From an uncultured Pseudomonadota bacterium (GTDB taxonomy: Bacteria; Oederibacteriota; Muellerivitia; Muellerivitales; Muellerivitaceae), in assembly GCA_963836235.1 (NCBI GenBank), contig CAWIIP010000002.1:1568001-1632000 (forward strand): DNA of 64,000 nt. The letters run 5' to 3'. The notes under the pieces are model-generated. The model was not told where the DNA came from and searched no databases. It saw only the letters and a list, made by a program, of their open reading frames with translations. Made by a program: the position numbers and the translations under genes. This document shows positions 1 to 10,911 of the stretch, piece after piece (position 1 is the first letter of the stretch; each line of letters begins with the position of its first letter).

Positions 1-628
1 ACCTTAAACCATCTACCCCATAGGAAAGGGGATTTAAGGTTGTCACTAACGCCATTCCCGCCGGAAGCCCCGCAAGAGGGAACATGGCTCCTGACAGAAA
101 GAACATCGGCATGACGAGGAAGTTCATAATGAGGGGAAAGCTTTGCATATCGTTCACCTGGGAGGCCAGAGCCGTGCCGAAAGCCGTGAAAAGAACAGCG
201 ATAAGGAACATGAAAAGCAGCGCCAACGGAAGAGCTATTAGCGAGGGCCTAAAACCAAAAAGAGTGGCCAAGACGAAAACGATCAAACCTTGGAGCAAAG
301 CCACTGTGGCACCACCCATCGTGCGGCCAATCATGATATGGAGCCGAGGTACAGGGGCCACTAGGGTTTCCTTTAGGAATCCGAATTGCCGATCCCAAAT
401 TATCTCAATCCCCGAAAAAACACCGGTAAAGAGGATTCCCATGGAAATAACCCCCGGCGCCAAGAACTGCAAGTAGTCTCCCTTACCAGCCTGAGAATAA
501 ATCTTCCCAAAGCCAAAACCGAAAGCCAAAAGAAAGATCAATGGCTGGCCCAGGGAACCGATCATCCTTGGCTTGGAACGGAAATAGCGCTTCAACTGCC
601 GAAGCCACATGATGTAAATGGTGCTCAT
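1..628 (-). CDS. ABC-2 type transporter permease (3' end runs off window)
   Basis: Manual translation from ATG at 628: MSTIYIMWLRQLKRYFRSKPRMIGSLGQPL...YLQFLAPGVISM...WDRQFGFLKETLVAPV...FLSGAMFP...LNPLSYGVDGLR. Directly downstream of the ABC ATPase; absent from the ORF track. Confidence 0.9.
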   Translation of the reverse strand, partial: MSTIYIMWLRQLKRYFRSKPRMIGSLGQPLIFLLAFGFGFGKIYSQAGKGDYLQFLAPGVISMGILFTGVFSGIEIIWDRQFGFLKETLVAPVPRLHIMIGRTMGGATVALLQGLIVFVLATLFGFRPSLIALPLALLFMFLIAVLFTAFGTALASQVNDMQSFPLIMNFLVMPMFFLSGAMFPLAGLPAGMALVTTLNPLSYGVDGLR

Positions 629-629
629 G

Positions 630-1427
630 TCAGCGCCTCCACATTTTTTTCTGCATCCGAAGCCCCTCAATGTTGGAAGCGTCCTCGTCACGCAAGGTAT
701 GGCCAGTCACCTGGATAAAGGCGTCTTCCAGGGACTTGGCCCTGGCCTTTTTCTTCAAGGTGGCAGGCGTTCCTTGGGCGATGATTTTCCCGTGGTCGAT
801 GATGGTGACTTGGTCAGCCACCCGTTCGGCTTCTTCCATGTAATGGGTTGTGAAAAACACAGTGATCTTTTCCTTGCGGTTCAGGTTCTTAATGTAATTC
901 CAGATATGGTTGCGGGTTTGGGGATCGAGCCCCACGGTGGGCTCGTCCAGGAAAAGAATTTTTGGATGGTGTAGCAGGCCCCGGGCGATTTCCAAACGCC
1001 TTTTCATCCCTCCGGAAAACTGCTTCACCAAATCATTTCGCCGATCCCAAAGCTCGACAATTTTTAATAATTCCTCAATTCGTTGTTTCCTCAATTCCGC
1101 TGGCACCTTGTATAGCACCCCATGAAAATCCATGTTTTCTCGGGCCGTTAGCTCGTCGTCAAGGCTGGGATCTTGAAATACAATTCCGAAAGAGCGACGA
1201 GCATCGTTTTGCTCGGTGACGGGATCATGCCCATCCAAAAGGATTTGGCCTCTCGTGGGTTTCAATAAGGTCGTCAGCATTTTAATGGACGTGGTTTTAC
1301 CCGCGCCGTTGGGGCCCAAGAAGCCGAAGATCCGGCCTTTTCCAACGGAGAAGGAAATGTTTTGGACCGCAGTGAAATCACCGAATTTCTTGGTGAGGTT
1401 TTTCACCTCGATGATAGGCTGTTTCAT
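630..1427 (-). CDS. ABC transporter ATP-binding protein (DrrA-like exporter)
   Basis: Walker A GPNGAGKTT, signature FSGGMKRRL, Walker B ILFLDEPT; likely start MKQPIIEV at 1427. Confidence 0.93.
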   Translation of the reverse strand: MKQPIIEVKNLTKKFGDFTAVQNISFSVGKGRIFGFLGPNGAGKTTSIKMLTTLLKPTRGQILLDGHDPVTEQNDARRSFGIVFQDPSLDDELTARENMDFHGVLYKVPAELRKQRIEELLKIVELWDRRNDLVKQFSGGMKRRLEIARGLLHHPKILFLDEPTVGLDPQTRNHIWNYIKNLNRKEKITVFFTTHYMEEAERVADQVTIIDHGKIIAQGTPATLKKKARAKSLEDAFIQVTGHTLRDEDASNIEGLRMQKKMWRR

Positions 1428-1485
1428 GAAAATCCTTTTAGCATAGAATTTAAGAAGAACCAAGATTTGGTTGGTGACTGGGTGA

Positions 1486-3585
1486 CTAATTGTAAAGAGG
1501 GGAAGGAGGAATCTCGTCTATCTTATTTGAAAGGGACAAGGCTTTCTTGAAATCCCTTCTCGATTCCCCTGTCCGGCCTTGGATTTTCAAACAAACGGCC
1601 AGGTTATAATATAGATGGGCGGCTGGAATCCCCTGTTGAATGGCCTGCTGATAAGCCTGGGTCGCTTGGATGAAATAACCGTCTAAAAATTTGAAAAACC
1701 CCAACTTTTCCCAATAAACGGCGGATAAAAGGGGGTCTCCCGGAAAGATGTCGCCTAAAGATGGGTGGGATTCCAAAAAACTGGCCCATAATTCGATAGA
1801 TTTTTTATTTTTAACCTCGAAATCGATTTCTTTAAAAATTCCATCCGCCTTCATCCAACGGTCCAACAGGTCACCTGAGATTTGGGATGTGGGGATAAGA
1901 AAGAGGGCGAAAGGTTTTGGGTCATCGGGGCCCGTTTTGTCCGTTTTTAGGATATTCGCCTGCATTCCCTGGAACCTTTTTACAAAATAAGGTTCATATT
2001 GAATATTGGTGATCAAGGCCGTCCATCGGGGATGGAAAGAACGAAGGGAAGGATTTTGAAGCGCATCGAACGGATAACAAGCCACATCCAAAGTTTTATT
2101 GTCGTAATCGGTGTTAAATTCCGAAAAAACGTAAAGGGGGCCGTCTTTTCGGCTTAAATTGGAAAGGATATTATAAGCATCATAATATTCCATATTACGC
2201 CATTGTTTGCCGGAAGGGATAAGTGGGGTATTGCAATAGTGGTTCACATAGTTATCGAGGTCTAAGGCAAAAGATCCCATCGCGAATAAAAATACTCCCC
2301 CTAAACTCAGGAAATGATGCCGGTTAGCGATCAAGCCAAAAGCGCCCATGGCCGCCAAGAAGGTAAGGAGAGGGAAGGTGAGCAGGATACGGTAAAGTTC
2401 GATGTTGTTCGTCAATAATGCCGGGAGGGCGGCCGTCAACCCGCAAAAGATAAAACCGAAAAAAAAACCACTGGAAACTTGGCGAAAAAGAAAAATGAAC
2501 CCTAGGAAAACCAAGGCGCTTAAAATGGGGTTGAAAAACCCCCCCCAGTTGGACCCATAAGGAAAGCTGTAAATTCCATTCCAAAAGATTCCTTTCCCAT
2601 AAAAAGCAAGCGACGTAAAAATGGATGAGCTTAATAGTTGGTGAATGTGGGTGGCTCCCCCGGCTGAAAGGCGGGCTAAGAGGAGGGGAAGGATGATAAA
2701 GAAAGTCATACCGGCAAAAACAGCGAACTGTTTTCTGTCCTTTTTTTCATTTGAAAAGCAATTCACAAAAAGAATCCCAGCGAGCCCAAGCCAGATCCCC
2801 CCCCAATTTATCCAGGCATAGAACCCCATCGACGAGAAGAGGGTTAGAAATAGAAGAATCGCCCATTTCCTTTTCGAACTGTCCGATCGGAGCCAGTATC
2901 CGAGAAAACCAAAACAGAGGCATTCAAAAAGAGGGCCCCAAATAACGGGAATATTTAGGCGTGACAGCGTCCCTTCCCAGAATGAAAAAGCCAGAAGCCA
3001 GGAAAAGAGGAAAGCCAGGGACCTGGGAAAATATTGCCGGGCAGCCCAGTAACCGGCCGCCACGGTAGCCAGCGAGACCAATGCGGAAAAAAGTCGAAAG
3101 GAGAAAAAGGAGGGTTCGATGACTTTGAAGTAAAGTGCTAAAAGCCAAAAAGCCAGGGGTTCCACCTGTACCGGGGAATAAAGCAATCTCCAATCCCAGT
3201 GATGGGAAAGCCTCAAACTGGCGAAACCCACGATACCCTCGTCGGAGATGGGCCAAAATGGCAGAGAGGTCAATTCATAAAATCGTGTCAAGACAAGCAA
3301 TAGAAGGAATAGGATCCAAAGCCACAGAGGAATGGAATTCACCTTTTCGTCTAAGAGGAAGCGAACTCCTGGTTTTTCATTACGACGTTCAAGGAAAATA
3401 AAATGAAGAGCCGTGATCATTGGAAGAAACAAGCCCAACAAGCCAATCCATAGCTTTGCGGAAAGAGAAATAGGCCCGAATGATAAAAGGGTGTTAGCAA
3501 ACAGAAAAATAAAGAAATAGACCCACGGGTTATAGGGGAGTTGGTTTTTCCAAATTGAAGAAAAGGTGAATTCTGGAGTGGGCAT
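1486..3585 (-). CDS. GT-C fold (PMT/ArnT, GT39/GT83-like) membrane glycosyltransferase with C-terminal TPR, paralog 1
   Basis: Many TM segments; RFYELTSLPFWPISDE loop motif; WGGFFNP; TPR-like tail (AHLYYNLAVCLK). Confidence 0.75.
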   Translation of the reverse strand: MPTPEFTFSSIWKNQLPYNPWVYFFIFLFANTLLSFGPISLSAKLWIGLLGLFLPMITALHFIFLERRNEKPGVRFLLDEKVNSIPLWLWILFLLLLVLTRFYELTSLPFWPISDEGIVGFASLRLSHHWDWRLLYSPVQVEPLAFWLLALYFKVIEPSFFSFRLFSALVSLATVAAGYWAARQYFPRSLAFLFSWLLAFSFWEGTLSRLNIPVIWGPLFECLCFGFLGYWLRSDSSKRKWAILLFLTLFSSMGFYAWINWGGIWLGLAGILFVNCFSNEKKDRKQFAVFAGMTFFIILPLLLARLSAGGATHIHQLLSSSIFTSLAFYGKGIFWNGIYSFPYGSNWGGFFNPILSALVFLGFIFLFRQVSSGFFFGFIFCGLTAALPALLTNNIELYRILLTFPLLTFLAAMGAFGLIANRHHFLSLGGVFLFAMGSFALDLDNYVNHYCNTPLIPSGKQWRNMEYYDAYNILSNLSRKDGPLYVFSEFNTDYDNKTLDVACYPFDALQNPSLRSFHPRWTALITNIQYEPYFVKRFQGMQANILKTDKTGPDDPKPFALFLIPTSQISGDLLDRWMKADGIFKEIDFEVKNKKSIELWASFLESHPSLGDIFPGDPLLSAVYWEKLGFFKFLDGYFIQATQAYQQAIQQGIPAAHLYYNLAVCLKIQGRTGESRRDFKKALSLSNKIDEIPPSPLYN

Positions 3586-3980
3586 GAGTCGATTTTAGCA
3601 CAAACACTTGAGGTCGTTTGAAAAAGGACCTCGCGCCCTATCAGCCATTATTTGCTTGGGCAGTCCTACGTTGTGTGTTCTTGATTCTAAGGATATTGAA
3701 GAAGATGATTAGGTGATTTAGCTTGCCCTTGGTTTTCAAAACTTATACTGATGAATTGTTAAAATTCTTTTTATCGATTTGATTTTGAGGGTAAAATCCA
3801 AACAACCTTGGTAACCGATGAGCGGAATATAGTTCTTAATTATTAAATCAATTCATGTTTGAAAAGTTTGTTTCTGGTTTATCAAGTGTTCCGCAAGAGC
3901 CAGATTAAGACAGAGATAATCCATTTGAATTAAATAGTAAGCTATCTTTACGCCCGCTTCATAATCGACGGCTCCAAGGT

Positions 3981-6053
3981 TTAAGGTAAAAGATATTTTA
4001 AGCCAAGATCCTGAAGCCTTAAGGCCGCCGGAGTTCGATTGGAAGGGGCCCTTATAGCCGCCTGAAAAGCTTGGGCGGCATCCTGTTTCTTTCCTTCAAA
4101 GTTCAAAAATATTCCCAAGGAGTAATACAAGTTCGCCGAAGGATAGCCCCGTTTTAAAGCCGTTTGGAGATCCCCTACTGTGTTAGAAAGTTGTCCGGCT
4201 GAAGCGTCGTCCAATGCAGTTCTTTCCCAGTAAACCGACTCCAAGAAGGGGTCTCCTTTAAATAAGCCATAGGACAATCTCAAGTTTTCGCTCCAACGAT
4301 TCTGCTCATCACCGATCTTTTCATACAGGGTCTTATCGCGTTCCATCTGAAGCGCTTGGTCGGCCTGGAACCAGTGCTTCAACGTTTCCTGGTCGACGAA
4401 ATCAATAGGAATGAGACCTAAAAGCAAGCCGCTATTTCTGGAAGAAACGATAGAAGGAAGCCACTGCCAGTGAGCCCGCGGAAAGCGTTTCGCGAGAAAA
4501 GGCTGGTCATTAGCGTTAGCCAGCAAGGCGGCCCAACGGGGTGGGGCGGAAAAAGGATCCTTTTTTTCACCTGTGTTAAATTCATAAACGGCGACTGAAA
4601 AAGCAAAAGTGGGTTTCGTAAGGAAATTGTCAAAAATCAGAAAAGGCCCATTCGTTAAATTTTCACGCTCCAAGATTTGGAGGGACTTGGCGAATTCCAC
4701 TGGCCTCCATTCTTTTTTATCATCGGACAATGACTGTAAGTCGGGATAAACGACAAATAAATGATAACTGTCCAATAAGACAGATAAAAAAAGCAACAAA
4801 CACCCAATTTTTATCGCCATCCCTTCTGAAAAAAATAACCGCAGCGATAAAAAGCCCAAGACCGCGCCCGCCAAAAGAAAGGGACAAAGTTGGACGATTC
4901 GGAACATCTCAAAGCCATGGGTGAGTATTCCGGGTAACCAAAGAATAGGAAGGGAAACCAAGAACCAAATATCTGTCCTTTGTTTGCGATATAAGGAAAT
5001 GCAGACTCCCGCCAAGAAGAGGGATCCGAGGATTGGATTCAAAAATCCACCCCAGACGGGTCCATAAAAAGAAGTAAAAGAAAGTCCCGAAAAGGGAGCA
5101 AAAGCATAGCCCCGGATCGTTTGAAAACGATTTTGGATGAAATTCTCCGATCCCGTGGTCAAGAAGACGTCACGGATATAATTTCCGAATCCTTCATGGA
5201 AGGCGCCATAGACAAGAGGTCCCAGGCAAATCAACAAGGTTAAGAAATAAACAAGCAGAATCCGGGGCGAGGCATTTTTTTTTCGGAAGGTCAAGGCCAT
5301 TACCGGCAAGGAAAGAACCAACGCCACCGAAGGCCAGGACGTGAAGGTATAAAATCCCCCTCCGACCGCTAAACCTAGAAGAAAAACTTGTGGAAGGCGT
5401 TTTTTCTCAGGGCTTCCGACGAAACAAGCCAATCGCCAAAGGGCCATATATTCCCACATCAACATCAAAGCCGCCGGATGGCAAAAGCGACCGGTATAAA
5501 GAGGCCAAAAGCTAAAAGCCGTGAGTAGGGTGAAAAGGATCGAAAAAGAATGAGAAGCAAAACGACGGGAGGCAAGGAAGGCGAATACAACTGTGGCGCA
5601 TGAAAGAAGTGCTGGAAAAAACCACAAGGTAAAAAGGGAAGGTGAAAAAAATTTAAAAAAGGCCGCCAGAAACCAGATAAAAAAAGGAGGAAATTGGGCA
5701 ACGGTATAAAAGAAATGAAATTTCCCGGTTTTGAAAAGATCCAAAGCCAAAGCGGCATGAAAGCCTTCGTCGGACAAAGGCCAGGTTAAAAGAGTGGTCA
5801 AGCGGTAAAAGCGCAAAAAACAAGCGGTTAATCCCATTGTCAACCATAGCCAAGGAGAAACTGAAAAGGGAGCCTCGGTTTTTTCGAGAGCAAAAGACGG
5901 ATTTTTCCAAAGCATAACCAGTGGCAGGATCAAACCGATTACGAGCAAAGAAATTATCCAAGGAGAAGACGGTGGTAAATAGGAAAAAACAGAAAGAATT
6001 AAAAACCAAAGGATCAATCCAAACCAAGGTCGAAGGGTATGATTCAATGCCAT
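3981..6053 (-). CDS. GT-C fold membrane glycosyltransferase with C-terminal TPR, paralog 2
   Basis: LRFYRLTTLLTWPLSDE; WGGFLNP; FKGDPFLESVYWE; GYPSANLYYSLG. Confidence 0.75.
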   Translation of the reverse strand: MALNHTLRPWFGLILWFLILSVFSYLPPSSPWIISLLVIGLILPLVMLWKNPSFALEKTEAPFSVSPWLWLTMGLTACFLRFYRLTTLLTWPLSDEGFHAALALDLFKTGKFHFFYTVAQFPPFFIWFLAAFFKFFSPSLFTLWFFPALLSCATVVFAFLASRRFASHSFSILFTLLTAFSFWPLYTGRFCHPAALMLMWEYMALWRLACFVGSPEKKRLPQVFLLGLAVGGGFYTFTSWPSVALVLSLPVMALTFRKKNASPRILLVYFLTLLICLGPLVYGAFHEGFGNYIRDVFLTTGSENFIQNRFQTIRGYAFAPFSGLSFTSFYGPVWGGFLNPILGSLFLAGVCISLYRKQRTDIWFLVSLPILWLPGILTHGFEMFRIVQLCPFLLAGAVLGFLSLRLFFSEGMAIKIGCLLLFLSVLLDSYHLFVVYPDLQSLSDDKKEWRPVEFAKSLQILERENLTNGPFLIFDNFLTKPTFAFSVAVYEFNTGEKKDPFSAPPRWAALLANANDQPFLAKRFPRAHWQWLPSIVSSRNSGLLLGLIPIDFVDQETLKHWFQADQALQMERDKTLYEKIGDEQNRWSENLRLSYGLFKGDPFLESVYWERTALDDASAGQLSNTVGDLQTALKRGYPSANLYYSLGIFLNFEGKKQDAAQAFQAAIRAPSNRTPAALRLQDLGLKYLLP

Positions 6054-6134
6054 GAAGATCCCAGGAATATATAAATTTCTAAAGTCATTATATCATTTGG
6101 TGAGCAAGATAGATTTCGTGAATCTTACCAGTTT

Positions 6135-8381
6135 TTACGGTTGTAGCGAGGTGGCTAGAAGTTGGTAGTGATCCGCGAATTTTGCGGCCGAAGCCGCTTC
6201 TTCCTTTTTCCCCATCCGAGTGAGAGGGTCGATTAATTGGCGGTAAGCTTGGGCCACATGATATTTTTTCTGGATAACATGGTGAAGGGCATCAATAGTT
6301 CGCACATCGTTTCGATAGTAGTATTCATCATAATTAGCCAATTTTTGCCAGAAGTGCCCGCATTGAAGATCCAATAGCGGGTCGGCGGAACAAGCCGCCA
6401 CTCCGCGGAGCGCCGATTGGCGGGCTTGATCCATTAAAGCGTTGTCCGATTCCTCGATACTCGCCAGTTTGTCCCAAAAACAAGATTCCAAGAAAGAATC
6501 TCCTTCAAAATAATGCCAACGGTCTTTTAGGGCTTGGAGAACCGGACCATAGTTGCTTTTCCAAGTGTGATAGGGCATCAAAGAAAAGATAGCATCTAGG
6601 GATTGATGAGCCTGAAGCCACCGGTTCAAAAGTGGATTCGAAAGAGGAGAGAGAGGAAACCATGCCAAGATTAAAGGGCCATCGGCCCGGGGAAATCCTT
6701 CGGAAAGCGGGTAGATCCGGCATTCCGGAAAGTGCTGGACTAAATAGGCTTGGTATCTAGCGTTAATAAATAGGGCTGTCCACCGAACCTGATTCGGTTC
6801 CAGGCTTGGGTTAACGGCCGCATTAAAAGGGTAGGTTGCTGTAAACAGGGACTGATCAAAAATATCGGGAACCAGATCGGCCAAAAGGAAACCAGAACCT
6901 TCTTTGGTTTCCAAGACCTTGAAGGCGTTGAACCGTTCAGGAGATTTATAAGGCCCGGATTGAAGGCCCGGAATGGCCCATTGGTGATAAGGTCCCCATA
7001 GATGGTAAAGGTCCAGCCCAAAGGAAGTTGAAAATAAAAAAATTATGATCGGTATTCTGCCAGCTTTGGGAATGCCCATTAAAAAATGGCTACTTCCCAG
7101 GGTGGTCAAACCCACCACCCAAGGAAGAACAGGAAGCAACCGCATTAGCTCCAAGTTCTTGGAAAGCAATGCGGGCAAGAGGGAAACCCCCAATCCACCA
7201 ATTATCCAATAAAAAAAAGGTTTTTTGCGGAATCGAAAAAGTTCCACCAGGCCGAGTAAAAAAGTGGAGCCCCAAATGGGGTTCAGAAATCCACCCCAAA
7301 AAGGGCCGAAACAAAAAGATTTAGCAGGAGAGCCCCAAAGGAAGGACGAAAGGTATGAAGCGCAAAGGGTCCATTGATCTTTAAGGGGGTTGGGCTGGCT
7401 GAAAATGAGATGGCTGTAAACATGCCCCGCTGAAAGATTCGTGAAAACGTCGGAAGCTATAGGGAGAATCAAAAGTAACGCCCCAAAGATGAAACAAGCT
7501 GGAGTTTGGAGTTCCGTAGGTTTATTCCAACCGTAAATCCAGAGGTAAAGTGAAGCAAGAAAAAAAAACGTTACCAAGTTTACAATCCAAATATAAATTC
7601 CTAAGCCCATACCCAAGCCTAAAGCGAAAACCAAAACCAGGGAAGGACCCCGCTTGAGGCTTTTCAGGCAAAGCCCAAGCAACCCTACGCAAAAGAGCTG
7701 CCATAAAACAACGAGAGACAAAGGCGAGCAAAATTGTCCGAGATAAAGGGGCCAAAAACCAATGGCTAAAAAAGCAGCCCCCCAAAGGGAATAAGAATTG
7801 GAAAAAAATTGCCGTAACGTCCACCAACCCAGCGGCAAAGCCAGGGTTGAAAGGATTTCTTGAAAAAGACGGATTGAAAAAAAGGATGGAGGGCAAAGCT
7901 TGAAGAATAAGGCTTGCAACCAAAAATAAAGAGGACCAAGCTTTTCAGAGGTATAGGTCAACTGCCAAGTCCAATGCTGGAACTGCCGAATACTGAAATA
8001 GCTAATCAAGGCGTCATCCCACATCGGCCAGGCTGGAAGTGAAACTAATTTGTAAAACCGAGAGGAAACGGCCAACCCTACTAAAACGATTCCCAACCAT
8101 TTTGCGCGTCGATCCAGGAACTCTTCCGAGAAAAAGATTTTTTCATGAGTTGAAATGGGGATGGACGTCAAAAGCCCCAGCGTCAAGGGGAATAAAATGC
8201 CGATGAGACAGATCCAAAACTTTGTTTGAAGGTTGAAGCGAGAATAAGACAAAAGAAAATTTGAAAGGGTGAAAATCAGGAAATAGAGCCGCGCGTCATA
8301 AATCAGATCTTTTAGAAGATTTTTTTCGGTCGATTTCAATTCTTTCCTTGATGAGTATGGTTTCAAGAAAATCACGAACAA
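6135..8381 (-). CDS. GT-C fold membrane glycosyltransferase, paralog 3
   Basis: RFYKLVSLPAWPMWDD; WGGFLNP; FEGDSFLESCFWDK; helical C-terminus. Start uncertain. Confidence 0.72.
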   Translation of the reverse strand: MFVIFLKPYSSRKELKSTEKNLLKDLIYDARLYFLIFTLSNFLLSYSRFNLQTKFWICLIGILFPLTLGLLTSIPISTHEKIFFSEEFLDRRAKWLGIVLVGLAVSSRFYKLVSLPAWPMWDDALISYFSIRQFQHWTWQLTYTSEKLGPLYFWLQALFFKLCPPSFFSIRLFQEILSTLALPLGWWTLRQFFSNSYSLWGAAFLAIGFWPLYLGQFCSPLSLVVLWQLFCVGLLGLCLKSLKRGPSLVLVFALGLGMGLGIYIWIVNLVTFFFLASLYLWIYGWNKPTELQTPACFIFGALLLILPIASDVFTNLSAGHVYSHLIFSQPNPLKDQWTLCASYLSSFLWGSPAKSFCFGPFWGGFLNPIWGSTFLLGLVELFRFRKKPFFYWIIGGLGVSLLPALLSKNLELMRLLPVLPWVVGLTTLGSSHFLMGIPKAGRIPIIIFLFSTSFGLDLYHLWGPYHQWAIPGLQSGPYKSPERFNAFKVLETKEGSGFLLADLVPDIFDQSLFTATYPFNAAVNPSLEPNQVRWTALFINARYQAYLVQHFPECRIYPLSEGFPRADGPLILAWFPLSPLSNPLLNRWLQAHQSLDAIFSLMPYHTWKSNYGPVLQALKDRWHYFEGDSFLESCFWDKLASIEESDNALMDQARQSALRGVAACSADPLLDLQCGHFWQKLANYDEYYYRNDVRTIDALHHVIQKKYHVAQAYRQLIDPLTRMGKKEEAASAAKFADHYQLLATSLQP

Positions 8382-8446
8382 CCCCTTAAATTATACGGCA
8401 TCCATTGAAATATTTTAGGTTGAACTATCAGGCGAGTGGATAAAGT

Positions 8447-10045
8447 TTAGGCCATGTCCGCCAGTGAGTGGTTGGGGCATTTGCGCGCGGTGTAGTCTTT
8501 GTCCCAAGACGTCCGGAAAAGGATGACTGGGCGGTTCAGCTTATCCTTGGTTTTTAAAACCTGCACCGGCGGGTCGAAGGAATCTATGTCGCCCTTCAGC
8601 CAAGCGCTACAAGTATAGGGCAAAAGTTCCAAGTCGGATTCCACGCCGTATTCGCTCTTCAAGCGGTACTGTAGGACGTCGAATTGCAGGCGTCCCACGG
8701 CGGCGACGTAAAAGTCCAGCTCATCCCAACTTTTCAACATCTGTACCGTTCCCTCGGCGGTCATTTGCTCCACGCCCTTGTCGAAGGACTTGCGCTTGCC
8801 CACGTCCTTGGGGCGCACGCGCGCGAAAATTTCCGGCTGGAAGGAGGGAAGGGGCTTGAAGTTAAAACCGCCGGAAAGCGAAATCGTGTCACCAATGGCG
8901 AAGGTGCCGGGATTGATGACGCCCACGATATCACCCGGATAGGCCAAGTCCACCGTGTTGCGGTCCTGGGCCAGCATGGAGTGCGGCCTCGACAGGCGAA
9001 GCTCTCGGTTCAAGCGGTGGTGCTTCACTACTAAGTCGCGCTCGAAACGGCCTGAACAAATGCGGAGGAAAGCCGTGCTGTCCCGGTGTTTGGGATTCAT
9101 GTTGGCTTGCAGTTTAAAGACGTAAGCGGAAAAAGGGGTTTCAACAGGGTCTATTAGAATTTCACCTTCGGGAGCGTCGGCGATTCTCGCGCTAGGCGGC
9201 GGAGCCATTTCCACAAAGGCGTCAAAGAAGGGTTCCACCCCGAAGTTGGTCAAGGCCGAGGCGAAGAAAACAGGGCTTACTTTGCCTTTTAAAAACTCGG
9301 CATGTTCATAAGGATTTCCGGCAACTTCCAGAAGTTCCAGGTCATGATGCAGTTTTTCCCAGAGTTCCTCCGAAACGTGGTCTTTCACGCCGGGGTCGGA
9401 AAGCGCGACTCGTTCCACGGCCGCTTTGGCGGCACCGCCCACGGAGACCTTGGTGAACAGCAATAGGTCCTGCGTGCGGCGGTCCACCACGCCCGCGAAT
9501 TCGCGGCCCGAACCCACCGGCCAATTGATAGGGGAAGAATGAATGCCCAGCACCTGTTCCACTTCCTGCATCAAGTCCAAGGGGTCCCGGCCCGGCAGGT
9601 CCATCTTGTTGATAAAGGTCATGACGGGGATGCCCCTCAGGCGGCAGACCTCGAAAAGCTTGCGGGTCTGGGTTTCCACCCCCTTGGCGGCGTCGATCAC
9701 CATGATGGCGCAGTCGGCGGCGGTAAGGGTGCGGTAGGTATCCTCAGAAAAGTCCTGATGGCCGGGGGTATCCAGTACGTTAATGATGGCCTTCTTGTAG
9801 GGGAACTGCATGGCGGAAGCCGTAATGGAGATGCCGCGCTCCTGCTCCATCCCCATCCAGTCCGAAACAGCTACCTTGCCGCCTTTGCGGCCCCGCACCA
9901 TCCCGGCCGTTTGGATCATGCCGGAATAAAGCAGCAGTTTTTCCGTAAGGGTAGTTTTGCCCGCGTCCGGGTGGCTGATAATGGCGAAGGTGCGTCGTTT
10001 CGCGATCGCGTTTTTGATTTCGTTGGTCAATGCCGGATCGGTCAT
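8447..10045 (-). CDS. prfC: Peptide chain release factor 3
   Basis: RRTFAIISHPDAGKTTLTEKLL, DTPGHQDFSEDTYR, NKMD GTPase motifs. Confidence 0.97.
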   Translation of the reverse strand: MTDPALTNEIKNAIAKRRTFAIISHPDAGKTTLTEKLLLYSGMIQTAGMVRGRKGGKVAVSDWMGMEQERGISITASAMQFPYKKAIINVLDTPGHQDFSEDTYRTLTAADCAIMVIDAAKGVETQTRKLFEVCRLRGIPVMTFINKMDLPGRDPLDLMQEVEQVLGIHSSPINWPVGSGREFAGVVDRRTQDLLLFTKVSVGGAAKAAVERVALSDPGVKDHVSEELWEKLHHDLELLEVAGNPYEHAEFLKGKVSPVFFASALTNFGVEPFFDAFVEMAPPPSARIADAPEGEILIDPVETPFSAYVFKLQANMNPKHRDSTAFLRICSGRFERDLVVKHHRLNRELRLSRPHSMLAQDRNTVDLAYPGDIVGVINPGTFAIGDTISLSGGFNFKPLPSFQPEIFARVRPKDVGKRKSFDKGVEQMTAEGTVQMLKSWDELDFYVAAVGRLQFDVLQYRLKSEYGVESDLELLPYTCSAWLKGDIDSFDPPVQVLKTKDKLNRPVILFRTSWDKDYTARKCPNHSLADMA

Positions 10046-10248
10046 GCCGACATTCCTTTAATAGGCAGCGCGAAAATGAGCGGAAGCCGATATAACAAGT
10101 TTTTCATTTTGGATTTGTTAGAAATGGTGAAAGGGCACATAGGGGCGGTATCTTACCAAATTCCTAGAGTTCCTCAACCGCCATGGGCCTTGATAGGAAA
10201 GACGAGCCTGACTAAACTGACCCCGTTTTAATTAAGCCAAAGGCCGTC

Positions 10249-10911
10249 ATGAAATTCCTCAAAAAGATTCTCAAAGAAATCGCCGTATTCCTGAAGCAAT
10301 GCTGGTTCCTGGTGCTACTCCTCATTCTGGCCCTTTTGGCTTATCCCGCCGCCAGGGGAAGCGAGTTCTGGGTTTGGAGCAGCCTGTCCTATGTGACCTC
10401 TTTCGTTTTTTACGTGCTCACTATTTATCTTCCCCAGCGGAAAAACCAGAAAAACATCCACCGGGTCGTCGTGCCCTACCTGCAGGCCATCATCAACGAC
10501 ATCAAGGGGGTCTTTTATACTTTCCTGGCGGCTTCCAACGAAAAATGCGACATCAGCCAAGTCAACGAAGGGGATTTTGAGAAGGTTTTCCGGATCATCA
10601 ATCCCCAGGATAAGTCCACCCGACTTGAATTTCTGGGTTTCGTCAGCTGGTTTCAATACCTGGAGCACCAGAAAAATCGAATTAAACGTTCAATGGATAG
10701 GATACTGACCTATGAGCATCATCTTGATACGGAATTCATCCTTATTCTTGAGAATATCCACAACTCGGCGCTTTTTGAAATATTGGATTACATCGAAAAC
10801 AAGCCCATTGCCTATACCGACTTCATATTCCTAGCTGACGCCTATGCCCACAGCTACCGCCTGGCCAATGGGTTGGAGGAGTTCTTGCGAAAATACCGGG
10901 CTGAACTTTAA
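10249..10911 (+). CDS. Hypothetical membrane protein (two N-terminal TM helices)
   Basis: 220-aa ORF, hydrophobic N-terminus, no recognised motif. Confidence 0.6.
   Translation: MKFLKKILKEIAVFLKQCWFLVLLLILALLAYPAARGSEFWVWSSLSYVTSFVFYVLTIYLPQRKNQKNIHRVVVPYLQAIINDIKGVFYTFLAASNEKCDISQVNEGDFEKVFRIINPQDKSTRLEFLGFVSWFQYLEHQKNRIKRSMDRILTYEHHLDTEFILILENIHNSALFEILDYIENKPIAYTDFIFLADAYAHSYRLANGLEEFLRKYRAEL

Noticed and set aside
3586-3980. A/T-rich 395-bp gap between GT-C paralogs
   Set aside because: No convincing ORF, repeat or RNA structure seen.
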